Assembly: GCA_012295275.1 (NCBI GenBank)
Contig: CM022673.1
Span: forward strand, 8,308,001 to 8,372,000
Direction of reading: 5' to 3'
Source of the DNA: Chrysomallon squamiferum
Lineage: Eukaryota; Animalia; Mollusca
Length of the DNA stretch: 64,000 nt
A model generated the notes under the pieces. That model was not told the origin of the DNA. It ran no database searches and was given only the letters and a program-made list of their open reading frames with translations. Shown here one piece after another: positions 1 to 12,791 of this stretch; position 1 is the first letter of the stretch; every line of letters starts with the position of its first letter. Made by a program: the position numbers and the translations under genes.

Positions 1-122
1 TAAAAGAAACGAAATTTGTTACAGAAGAAGAAAAACAAAATCCTACTACTATAGATCAGCAACCCATTACAACTTTGGATGCTCATGATTAACTATGTTC
101 ATGAATGGATAATTATAGTACA

Positions 123-432
123 GGCTTATCACACTGGGAGAATGTTCCTTTAGATTTCTTATTTGAAATGCTTGGGAAAAAAAAAAAAATGCACAGTTTG
201 GAATATAAGAATGCATACAAATAAGATTTAATCCATTGATATTTCATAAACATATATCTTACACAAACAGTCAGCATGAATTTTTACATAATATTTTATA
301 AAGTTTGTTTGTTTGTTAAACCATTGGAAATCTACAAGATATTATTTCAGCAGCAAAAAACAAGTTTTGGATTTCAGATAAGTTATCCTCAACCTGTAAA
401 ACTAAAGGAGTGTTCTCCCTCTATGATAAGCC
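123..432. mobile_element. Degenerate MITE-like element in ACLY intron
   Basis: Imperfect ~31-bp inverted ends: ggcttatcacactgggagaatgttcctttag (123-153) versus the reverse complement of 402-432, ggcttatcatagagggagaacactcctttag. Confidence 0.55.
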
Positions 433-604
433 ATATTATCCAATCATATATAACAAGTTAGTTTGTGAGAATACCACTTAAGCTATAGGACTCTTTAGCA
501 ATAACATTATTTAGATAAATGTCTTTATTCTAACACACATAAAATATATATTTTTTTCTTTTCTTTTTCAATTTTGTGTCAATGCCCAGAACAAAATCAT
601 TTTA

Positions 605-635
<31 letters not shown>

Positions 636-722
636 ATTGTCTATTAATTCTGATTAATCTGACAAATAAATTATTTTGATGTTTTGATATTGACTAAATT
701 AAACAGAATGTTTCCGACTAAC

Positions 723-3700
723 CTGCCAGGTCTGTATAATTTTGAAGACAAAATGTTATCCAGCATTCCTCCAGTGTTACCAATTTTGAAACACCCTGCT
801 TTGAGTCCACCAACCTGTTAAATAAGTATTATAGACCAAAAAATATCAAGATCACTACATAAATACAAATATGTAATAATCCATAGAATTTCAAACACCT
901 TAAACCTACTGAACTGAGCACACAATTTCAATATAAGTCATGGGTTATATGAATAAATGAAGTGTTGAAAATGGTTAAGAAATTATATTATTTTAATGTA
1001 ATTATTTTTTTTTTTTTTTTAAAAAACAAATCCACTGATGCTAATAATTATATTCTGGCAGGACAAACAGTCAAGTACAATGATCCAAAACTGTATTTTG
1101 CATTAGCATGTAATATATTCTTTTTAACTTTAATAATTTTATTTAAATGAAAAATTACTGTGGCTGGTCCGATAACTGTCACTCCTTTTTCATTGGCTTT
1201 CTTGATAATCAGTCTGGTAAGATTCTCTGGAATCCCTTCAGCAATAATAGCAATAGTTCTTATCTGTTAAAATAAAATAAATATCATGACATAACAAATG
1301 TTATTTAAAAAAAAAAATAAACTGAAATTTCTTTTCTTATTAAAAAAACAAACAATAAAATTCTACTTTTAAGAATATAATACTGTATTGACAAAAAGAA
1401 AATAATAATTATCTTGCTTCATTTGTAAGTACCTCAACACAATATATCTTAAGTGAACATGAGGGATGAAAATATAACTGCAACATCTATCAGACTTAGG
1501 ATTTTAATTTGCATTTTTTTTTAAAGTTCTATCACATACTTTACAAGTACAACAAAACTAAGGAAAAAGATGGCCATATTTAATTTGCAGATTTATTATA
1601 TATAATATTATTTGAAACAACACTGTTACATTTCAGATCAAAATGTTAATAACAAATAAAAACAAAATGAAACAGCATTTAAATAATTGTAATGTACCTG
1701 TGTGAATTCCATTGCCTCCATTGTACTTTCATAAGCTGATCTTAGTGATGCAAAGCTAACAAGCACTTCAGCATTTGGATGTTTGGTCATAGCATCAGTA
1801 ATTTGTTTATATACTAGGAAACAAATCAACCATTTTATTAAATTCATGAATACTGTGCTAACAAGGAGTATGAAAAAATCATTCTGTTAAATTTTTTAGA
1901 TTTAGTAAATGACTGAAAATTAGACTGTATTAGAAAAATTTAAAAACTGAAATGAAATACATTATAATTATCAAATGATTAGTTAAAATTTGTTATTCTT
2001 TTAACAAAACAGATTATATGTCTGTCTAATAATTTGATAATAAATATCAATAATATTATGCGAAAGACACCAACCAGGAATAAGAATTTCTTTGTGGCCC
2101 CAGTAAAACTTTTGTTTATGGTCACCCCTGAAAACAAAATAAAATACTGCATGAAATTTATAATCTTTACATAAATAATCACATATTAAAAATGAAGAAC
2201 TCTGACAACAACAACAAACCATTCAGTAGTCAGGGTATTGTAAATAATAAGATATCTGCTTTCTTGTCTATGGATAGTAACATATTCTGTGCTACTGACT
2301 TGTCAGAATAATCCATTTATTAGCAGAATCATTATAAAGAAACCATACGAATGATGTCATCAGGATAAAAAAATGATGACTATTAATTTTTTCAGATAAA
2401 CTTACGTCAATGGGTATATCATAGCCACAACAGAAGGCTCTTTGCGTGAACAGACATAGTCATAATCCAGCATTCCTTGTACAGCACGCTGCTGCATGCC
2501 CCATACAATGGCTTTAGTTGATGAAGTGAATAGACACATGTCCTTCTCTCCTTGAACGTGTGAAACAGTGGCATTTTTGGTTTTGTTGAGGTTTTCAAGA
2601 TCACACGATGAAGTTGTTCTGCTAGAAGCTGGAGATTGCTGTAATACAAAAATGCAGATAATTAGTGATAACTATGTTTATTGCAATATTATCTGGATTA
2701 ACTGTTTTATGCATAATAAATTTACACACACAAAAAAAAAATAAAAAAAATAAAATAAAATTAATTAATAAAAATAATAATAATAGTAATATGTACATAA
2801 AAAAATAAGAAAACCAAATTCCTGTGATTTTAAAAACCCCATCTTAATGGGAAAAAACTGAATGAAAATCATAAACCAATACATAAAAGACAACATACAG
2901 AAAAAAACCAAAACAACAACAAACAAATTCATAAACTAAAAACAAAATGAAAATAAGCAATAAAAAAACCAGTTAAGAAAATAAACAACAAAATAAAATA
3001 CGGGCTGAAACACACCATACCAGCAGCAAATTAAAAAAAAACCAAAACCCAAATGTGAAAGTAATCATTCATTGCTTTGTCAACAAGAGTTAACCACTGA
3101 AGGCAAAATTACTTTTTGAAGACCTTTAGAGAAGAGATCCCTTACCATCATGATTTATTTGAATTAAAGAAAAAAACCACCCAAAAAACAAAACAAAAAG
3201 AAAATGGAAAAATAAAAGAAAGATAAAGGAAAAAGAAAAGAAAGAAAAAGAAACAAGAAATAAAAAAAAACTATTTTGAATATTTTACACTTATATTTTA
3301 ATACATTGTTAAATCATCTTTAGATTAAAATTCAGTTATTATTAATGGATTATATTTTCTTTGTGTTTGCTTTTAAACATTCAACATATTTTCAGATTTT
3401 CAAGTCCAAAAGTATTTTAAATAATAATAATAATAATAATATAACTAAAAAATATAATGATACCATGATTAGATAGTTATGAAATATTTTATTTTATTTT
3501 AAATAATTTAATATACCTGATAAATTTTTACAGACAAAGAGTTTAGGTAATTTATAAAATAGCATTAGAAATTTTGTACAACCAACAGATGTAAAAAGAA
3601 ATGCCCACAAGATTGATAGTACATATTGCATTAGTCTATACAATGCACGAAAATTAATGATTGAAGAAAATAAAATACAAACGAAACATGATGTAATAAA

Positions 3701-6700
3701 CAGTGGCTGTAAAACAATTCTCTGTCTTATGTTTTATCAATAGGTTTAGAAAAATTAATAATTTTTGTTATAACATGCTAATTAGTTATGAATCAAGGTG
3801 AACAATCTGTTCTACAATACTAATGAATGCATGGTCAATGTATCATGTTAGCAAGCAATCTAATCTGTGAACTGCAAGCTCCCTCTGAGTTCTCTAACAT
3901 TAGAAATAATTTACAATAAACAGAAGCTTCTCGATGACTTCAGTTTTGTCACCATCATTTATTTAACAGCATTATACATATATTTATTCCATTTTCTCAC
4001 ACTAAACTGACAAGCACAAGAAAAGCAAAGATCAAGCAATTCAGCATAACAGAAAGAAAAAAACAACATCTTACATGAACAATGCAATAAACACAGTACA
4101 ATGAATTAACCAGTTTATGTATATTACCTTTGATCGCTGTAACAGTGGAAAAAAAAAAAAAGTGATGTAGAGAAATGACGACAATTTTCCTTTTAAAAAT
4201 CAATAAAGATACAATTTTAAAATTATTCTTTTCACAAATGTGGCTGCAAGTTAATAAATATGTCAGACAATATAAACAACTTTTCAGGATAAAAGATTTT
4301 AACAATCCCAACATTAATTAGTTATAAATTATTCTCCATGTGTTTTGTTTGCTAGTAATATCATGTAACAATATAAAACTTTCTCCAACAGCCATAGGTG
4401 AAGGAACATACATACTAATATGTAACAAACCAACAGCTGGTGAAAAAATCATGAAGTCTGATACACAAATAAAACAATATAAACAATTAATTATTTATCT
4501 TTTGCAGAAGAAACAATATTAACAATAATAACAATAAATTATAATAAAAATTTCATACTGATCATATTAATTGTTAAACACAAAACTTACAACTGGGCTG
4601 TCTGGAAGCAAGAAATTGGCAGTAGTTTTCAGTCGAGGTTGCTGGGCTGGAATATCTCGTTTGCCAAGTGCCATGGCCACAATAGCTGTCATATGAGTTT
4701 CAGGTCCAAAAACATGGATAGGAACTCCCAAACTATCTCCTAATAATATAATATAAAGTTATAATATTAAGTAATAATTATATATTTTTAAATATTTGAA
4801 GAGAAAAATATATCTATCCAATTATAAGACAGTTACTTTGTCTCCTTAAATATTAATAATATAAAACAAAACATTTAAAAAAATGTCTTATAATTTAATT
4901 ACAATAAAAATTGATATTTCACATTAAAAATAGAATCGTAGGTCATTAAATATCACAAAAATTAAAAATTGTGATTCTCTAAATGGAAATTAATTATGGA
5001 ATGTTTATTCATTTATTCAGAATAATTTTCTTTTTAACATTCATTACACAATATGATCACAAAACTGAAAATGAATAACAATTTTGAAAAATCAATTCAT
5101 TTTGGCAAGAGAAAATTTATGTTACTTTTATCAAAGACTATCTAAATTTCACAGGAATACCTTTAAACTTGTATATAGAAAACAAATAAGGAAAATATAT
5201 TTTATTTAAATTTTTGCTAATCATAAATACTGCATACAGATAGATACTATGAGAATTTGGAATACAAAGACACAAACCGAGTTCTCTCATTATTCGCAGT
5301 CCTTCCTGGTAGTTGGGACCAGCACGCCTGACATAAATCTTAACATTAGTTTTTATCAGACGTTGTTGGAAGTCCCACAGAGCACGAACAATACCCTACA
5401 GAAATAATCATACTTTATTAACTGTTTGCTATATGAAACTATTAAATTCAGGCAATGATATAAATGGTTTATGAAATGTACTTTGAAAAATAATTTAAAC
5501 ACCTGCCCACCCCCAGAAAATAAGCAAATATCTGGAGAAAACAAATATGGAATAGAATGAATGAAAAATGTATTGGCTTTTGAGTTTGGGTGTCAAGATG
5601 TGAAAGTGATGCAAACATGAAATAATCCATTAATAATTTACCTTGAAAGTTATTGCGACATTGGTAAAATTGGCAATTCCACCTCCAATGATAAGGATTT
5701 TGCCTTGAAATTAAACAGAAGTTGATATAATTAATTGTAAAATTTTGACTTTATTTCTATACTGTTAAGACATGAAACCTTAAAATGTTTTATAATCAGA
5801 GAAATTTACTTAAATATAAATGTATTTTGAATCATAGAAAAATCAAAAGCTCACTAACCTTGAATAAAATTATAATCATATTTATGGTTTTATGTATGTT
5901 AATCTCAAACCATTGTACTAAAACAGTTTCCTCACATTGTTTTTAAAATATTATATTCAATAAAGTATCTATATTTTTCAACTGGTTATGGAATCTGAAG
6001 AAAACAGATTGACAATAAGGATAATAAATGTAGAAGTTTTATATGAACTTGTTTTTAAATGTATGGATGAAATATGAACTTTGTGGAATATTATTAAGAG
6101 GATTTAAGTATGGAATGCCATGGGATTATGGTAATATCAAGCTAACCCTCAGGATGTTCTTCTTGAGTCATCAGTCCTAACAGTGTTTTAGCATATTCAT
6201 ATGTCTGCTGTTCACTAGGAGCTCCAGAATATTCTCCGTAGTTAGCAAGTTCACCAGCACCACCAAGATCACAGATCGTATCTCTGAAAACATGAACATA
6301 AATTGAAAAACATAAATAATAACTAAAAATCCCAGTTATATCAGGAGTTATTAAAGTAAATCTAAAACAGATTGTGAAAATACTTCATTTGTATATCAAC
6401 AGTATATCATATAAATTCTAGATGCTAAATAAAACGTAATTATAATAAGAATATTTTAAACAATACACATGTTCTGGTGTCAAACTGACCAGTCATAAAT
6501 AATCACTGAACTATCAAAATTTTAAAATAAAACCAAGTAACTTACGCATATATAACAGAAGCACCTCCTCCAGCTACCATGGTCCAGATTCTTCCTTTCT
6601 TATTGAGAATTGTCAGTTTCAGTGAAGCCCCACTCTTTGCATCCAGATCAGCAATATAGGCCTCCTACAAGAAATTAATAAGAAAAATGCAGTTATATTA

Positions 6701-9065
6701 ATATCAGTTGCAAAAAAGGTCAAAGCGATAAGTCATGGTCAGAAACTACTGAAGAAACAGCCCACCTGAAGAAAATTCAAATTAATTTTATTAACATCAT
6801 GTTCTCTAGATAAAAAAAAAAAAAAAAAAAAATAATAATTAATAAAAAAAGGCATTTTACTTGGATAAAGAAAACCTCAGACTCAAGCCAAAATGTCACA
6901 CTAAAGATTATGAATTTTTCAATATATTTTCTGTCACTAAATGTGAACAAAAGAAATAAAATAATAAAAGTCTTGCAAAAATATATTTTCATTGTGTCTA
7001 TCACATTTATTCACAACAAAACCAAGCAGTTATCAAAAATTAAATAACCAAAGAACATGAATTTGACAAAATTGGAAATCTGTCCAAACTCTTTTTTTTT
7101 ATTCTTCTTTCAATTTTTTGTGATAGTAAACACTGTGTGTCCCTAAAGTGACAATTTTTATAATGTTCTTATTATGAAACTTAGTTCGTACCTCTGGAAG
7201 GAGATCTCGACCAAATGGGGGTGGAAACTGCAGATCACCCCATTTAGACTTGCACAGATATTCAGCACACTGGTCAATTTTAGCAGCCATATCCAAAACA
7301 TATATCTTAGATCCAATAACAACTGAAATTATAATAAAATAATGTTTAGTTTCTTTAAGTTCTTCAAAACAAATACAAATGCAGAAAATGTATCAAAATC
7401 TTTCTTTAAAACATTGGGAAACTTAAAATTAAACATCAAGGCTTTTTTGCAGATTAAAAACACCCAGATCAGTCAGGAGCAGGAAGTACACCAGTTACAT
7501 AAATTGATTAAGTGATCCTTTACTTCTCAAGCAAGTACCTCTGAATTTCTGTCTGATTTCAAGCCTAATCAAAAGCTTTTGATCAGTATAAATTAAAGGC
7601 TGACCAATTTATTTAATTTGATAACAGAGGAAATGACAATAGTAGTGTTTTGATATGCAAGGTATCTATATCTGTATGTATGTGCACATGTGTAAGAACT
7701 TACCCAGTGGGTTTATCTCAAGGTAAGTAAAATGAAGATCTTTGTAAACCCCATACAAAGCTGCAATAAACTTCTCTAGTGCTCTGAAATTAAATGAATC
7801 ACAATAAATCTAAATGCCTACATACATTTAAATTTACTTACATTTTGTTATCTGCTATAAATCACAAATTCATAAGTGTTTGATATTTTACAACATACAA
7901 ATATATGTCAACATATGTCAACAGTATTAAATTATAAGCTATGTGATTTCACGGATGCAATTTTCACAATTACTGTGGTGCAGAAATTAAAAAAGTGAAA
8001 TGACTATATTGAAAACAAAATTTTTTGTTTAGAATTCTTACTTTTGTGATTCTGCTGGTGCTTTGTTTATCAATTTGGAGGTGATGTCTTTGACATTGAG
8101 ATCTGAACCAACAGGAATATCCAGTGTAACTGCCTGAAGTATAAACTCCAAATTACACAATTGTGATACACTGATTATAAGACTCACTAACTGGCTATCA
8201 TTGCTACAACAACAACAGTGTATAGTCACATATAAGATCCTTAGAAATACAGTTCCAACATCTACTTTAAAAGCTGATGGTAAAGGCATATATAAAGAAA
8301 ATATGTAATTAAGGGTTTGAATCTAACATATTACAAACTTTATGATATATAACTATTATACATAAAATAGCATAAATATAATAGAATTATTACTTTCAAA
8401 TATAAATGTACAATAAACTGTCAAATCCTAGAAATTTATAATTTTATGCTTTTTTAATTAGTGATTAAGTTGAAATTATTGATTATAGTTTAAAGAGCTG
8501 TAATGAATTTATTTACCTTAGCATCCACGTCACCAATATCGATTCCTCCCTCATGATAAAACAGAATTGTGTCTGCATATCGATGTGAATAAATACAGAC
8601 ATACATCTCTTCATTCTGGGACAAAAACATCAATATATTAATTTTAACAACAGAAGTGTCAAGATATTAATTATACAAAAAAGAAAAAGAAAAATCTACA
8701 GGATACTTTTAAGTAATCAATGGAATAAAAATAGAATAATTTCTTTATAGAGAAGAAAACTGAATCTATACAGGTGACTGTAAGAATCAGTAAAAGGATG
8801 AAATAAAAACTTGATTTAAAAAACTTCATTGTCTGGTATACATTGACAGTATTAAAAGTATGACTAATAATTGATTAATAATTAATACTAATTAGATGAA
8901 CCCAAAATATGCTTTGGAACTGGAATTATTAAACAATTACCTGTTTATGTTCCACAAATGGTTCAATAACAAAGTGTTTCAAGCGGCCAGTTGCAGCTCC
9001 AATCTGAAAAGGAAATAAACATAATAAACATAATAAATATATATATATATATATATATTTCCTTA

Positions 9066-9101
<36 letters not shown>

Positions 9102-10047
9102 AAAGAAAATATAATTAAACAGTAATTGTTGTCCATTTAAAAACAAAACATTCTTTTATATGTTTTTAAATTTTCAGTATTATTCAACTTTTATTTTCAT
9201 AAAACATGTACTTACTGTGAAGTCCTTGCCAAGTTTGTTTGCAAGCCAGTCTTTGGCTCCTTGCAGATCAACTCCTGCTTTAATTAAACCAAGCTTGCCT
9301 CTTCGTTTTATAAGCTGGTCTGGTTTTACAACCAACTTTTTCTGAAATAGATAACAGAAATTTTCTTAAAAATTAAATGTCAGGATGTAAACAAATCTTT
9401 TAAATTATTACAGATAAATTAACATAAAATTTTATTTATTATGTAGTAGAAATATTATATTATCAGTTTAGCTAAGATTTAAAATGTCATCAGCCTCTGA
9501 GTTTTTTGTTTAATATTATTATAAATATTACTGGGATATTTTTTTTATATACATTTAAAGTATACTTTGCAATTATTACAAAACTTTTTTAAATAATAAA
9601 GTAAGCCAAAGAAAATTATAATTTTCTAGAAAGACATATATCATGCCACATCCAATATTATATGATATCATTTCATGAAAACAAAATAAAACAAAGTAAA
9701 AAAGATAAAAGGAAAATACATAAAGAAATTACACTATGGTATACTATTATACTATAAACCCTATTATGGATTTCTGAAATTTCACTGTATTACATATTAA
9801 TGGACTTCTTATATTATAAATTGTTATTATCAAAAATCATGGCTTGACAATCAGTCAGTTACTCAGAAGTGAATAAATTGTATTATGGATAGTTTACCTC
9901 TGTATTGAGCCAAGCATTCTGCTGACATAAAGTATCCCAGTTGACTCCTTCTTCAACCTCAACAATGAGGTTCTTAACAGCTTCATCTTTCAAAAACTTG
10001 TTGAGAAGCTGTTTTCCACTAATCTCATAAATAGCCTTTGCTGACAT
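723..10047 (-). CDS. ACLY: ATP-citrate lyase, 17 coding exons (about 641 aa here; gene continues beyond the left edge)
   Basis: Exons with GT-AG ends and continuous phase: 10047-9898 ([12 protein letters not shown]), 9341-9216 ([17 protein letters not shown]), 9003-8941, 8615-8517 ([13 protein letters not shown]), 8133-8042, 7783-7704 (FTYLEINPL), 7322-7192 (FPPPFGR), 6664-6546 ([12 protein letters not shown]...MVAGGGAS), 6283-6147 ([12 protein letters not shown]), 5703-5642 ([13 protein letters not shown], citrate-binding loop), 5395-5278 ([11 protein letters not shown]), 4739-4591 ([13 protein letters not shown]), 2638-2406, 2127-2075 ([12 protein letters not shown]), 1813-1698 (FASLRSAY), 1263-1159 (IIAEGIPE...IGPAT), 814-723 ([15 protein letters not shown]...KLYRPGS). 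All are colinear with animal ACLY. Confidence 0.98.
4001..4006 (-). CDS. ACLY: Candidate 6-nt ACLY microexon (Phe-Ser)
   Basis: Minus strand reads tgctgaattgcttgatctttgcttttcttgtgcttgtcag|TTTAGT|gtgaga. The pyrimidine tract is UGC-rich and the exon preserves frame. Confidence 0.5.
4128..4136 (-). CDS. ACLY: Candidate 9-nt ACLY microexon (Arg-Ser-Lys)
   Basis: Minus strand reads T-run-ccactgttacag|CGATCAAAG|gtaata, giving a strong acceptor and donor. It preserves frame in a phase-0 intron. Confidence 0.6.
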
Positions 10048-10189
10048 TGTTTTTCTACACTATGCTACTCCTTAATCTGTAAAATATAAAGGTTCATCTT
10101 GAAAGATCAAGGCTTGTGTCTAGTCAAGTGAACTGAGCAATACTACAAAGATAAGTAAAAGAAAATTAAAAGTCATTTTTAAATATATA

Positions 10190-10414
10190 CAGAGTGGCAA
10201 TAAAATCACTATACAGTTACTTACAATAACAATTAAGACAAAGCAATTAATCAACAGTCCAGAAGTTTATTATTAAAATGGTTGTGGTTAATTCTGGTTA
10301 ATAACAATAAAATGGCATGGTAAACAATAATAAATTAATTAAAGATACTGTTCAAACTACATTCCTTTGCTTTTTTATTATAAGTAACTGTATAGTGACT
10401 TTATTGCCACCCTG
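10190..10414. mobile_element. Tc1/mariner-type MITE
   Basis: About 40-bp TIRs (CAGAGTGGCAATAAAATCACTATACAGTTACTTACAATAA / TTATTATAAGTAACTGTATAGTGACTTTATTGCCACCCTG) flanked on both sides by TA. Confidence 0.85.
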
Positions 10415-12720
10415 TATTGTCATATATGATAGCCTTAAACCTAGTCCAGTATTAATGAAATTTACTTTACTTACTGTAAATTACTGTAATTATTAGTGGC
10501 AACATTAACTTTGCAACTGGACAATTCCATAGTATTTGCAGTTAACTTCTGAAAACATATTCTAATTCTTAGTTATACTGGCTGCAGTAACACTAATAAT
10601 TATACCAAAACTTAGATAATTGTAAAAATCATTCTTGTTATTTTTTTTTTTTTTTTTTTTTTAATAATAATGAAACAATTTAGTAGTACATTAAATAATT
10701 ATATAAATTTTTTAAATCAAATTATATTTAATTTATATTTAATGAACTTAGAACACTGTTTGTTTATATTTCTGCTTTTACAGCCAATTCAGATTTATAG
10801 CACTGATTATATCTAAACACAAAGTCATTATAACAAGTGAAAATACATGACATTACATGTAAAGGAAATAATTCAGTTAGAGTTTGTTATGTAGCTTTGC
10901 AGGCATTCAATAAAGTCTATAAATGTAAAGGAAACCATTATGGACAAACCCACGATTGTTAATCAATACTGCAAGTATCGAACAAGTGTCAGCCAATAAA
11001 TGGCTGAAAGATCAGTCAATGTCAACTGTTTTGGTATCTTGAAATTTTAGAAACTAGCACATTTGAATAGAAAATACTTCATCTGTTAGTATTTAGAGGC
11101 ATCTGAAAAATAATAGGTGGACAGCAATCTTTGTTTAAGATAGAAAATAAGGAAAGCTGTTGCCAAACTGATGAATAACACACCTGTTAGTATAATCAAA
11201 TCAACATCTGTGTAAATGACATCATTAGTAAAGAGATATACATGTAAGTGTGGCCCTTTGTCACTAAATGAATGAATGTTTAATGACACATTTTATACTA
11301 ACAATTTTTAATGTCATCTGTGATTATGTGACAGCTACAAAATAGATGTAATAAGCAGCTGCCACAAATTGTCTGTTACAAAAGATTATCAATAACGGAC
11401 ATTTTATATACGTCCCTGCTGTCTGAAAAATAAAATTACTTTTGATAAAACATCTGCAAAAGAAATATGCCTAACTGATGTATCATATTTCTACATGCAG
11501 ATTTTTACCTATAACCTATGACCATACACTTTCTCTTTAGTAATTTATTCAAATTCATCTTGCATGACAAAATACAAATATTCTCTAAATTGATCCAGTA
11601 ATCCATATATTTTTATCAGTTTATCAAAAAACAAATAAAATCATCATAAATAATAAGGTATATGATTCTGACTTAGAAATAATGTTATATGTACGTATAT
11701 GCATAATTGTATAAATATTAAGAAATGCAAAGAATCAAATAGTATAATAAAAAACTATCGATATTTATAAATATTTGTCAATTTCTATCTAAAAATTATT
11801 GTACTGTATTATTTTTTTACATGATCTTTAACTTTCGTTTTGCAAGAATTTTCAACATAAAAAAACTAGTAGTATTTCATTTAATAAATTAATTTATCTA
11901 CCATTTTATTATTATTATTATTTGTATAATAATTTGTAAAAAACAAACAAAAAAATGTTTTGTCTAGTAGTACTAATTATTAAATATGTCCAATACTCAC
12001 TGTAATATTTTGTTAACCAAAATAATTCCTGCATATTTACTTGCCATTCAAAATACAAATATGAATAACATATACCAAACTGTAAACTGAAAGAGAACAT
12101 CACAACCTGGTATAATCACTGAAGTAGATACTACTCTATCTACATCTTACTTCTGAATAAAGAGTTCAGAATGCACCAGATACTGCTGTTATCACTTCAA
12201 TCTTAAATGTCAAGCACTCTAGGGTAAATCACAGTTTTTTTTCACAAATACAAACTTGTGCACAAATCTGTTAAACCACAGAGCCCACAGACACAAAATA
12301 ATCTGTAGCAGTTAGAGTAAAATCAATTGAACAGGAAAAGAATTTTCCCAAAGACTTGATAAGGGAACTGCTTCTGGGGATCAATACTCAGCAGAAATCC
12401 TGATCTCATTTATCGTCTATAATGACAATAATAAAGCCAATACATGAAACACTGAATAATTTTGTTGCAGAAAAAATACCAAATAGTTACAGGCATTATA
12501 GCTGATGTTTTCTTTTCAAGTCAAATTATTATTCTAATCAATAATGAACTGCACAAAAAAAAGAAAAGAAAAAAGAATCATTCAAGAGAAAAGTGTATGT
12601 TTACACATCATAAATGTATCTATATCATAACTGTGTACTGAAAGTCAGAACTGACAAACAACATACATTTTAAATACATTTATCTCTATATCAGAGCTAA
12701 TCTTCCAGTAGTGTAAGTAT

Positions 12721-12725
<5 letters not shown>

Positions 12726-12787
<62 letters not shown>
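12726..12787. repeat. (GA)n microsatellite
   Basis: Pure AG dinucleotide run. Confidence 0.95.

Positions 12788-12791
<4 letters not shown>

Noticed and set aside
3511-3525. tttatcag|gtatat as a recursive splice site in the ACLY intron
   Set aside because: Weak donor and an intron of only about 2 kb. Likely chance.
11086-11289. 67-aa ORF with a transmembrane-like stretch in the ACLY first intron
   Set aside because: Non-ATG start, and hydrophobic runs are expected in T-rich intron sequence.
12070-12420. Possible alternative ACLY 5' UTR exons (donor-like sites near 12075, 12106 and 12150)
   Set aside because: Splice-like motifs only, with no frame constraint or CpG patch to support them.
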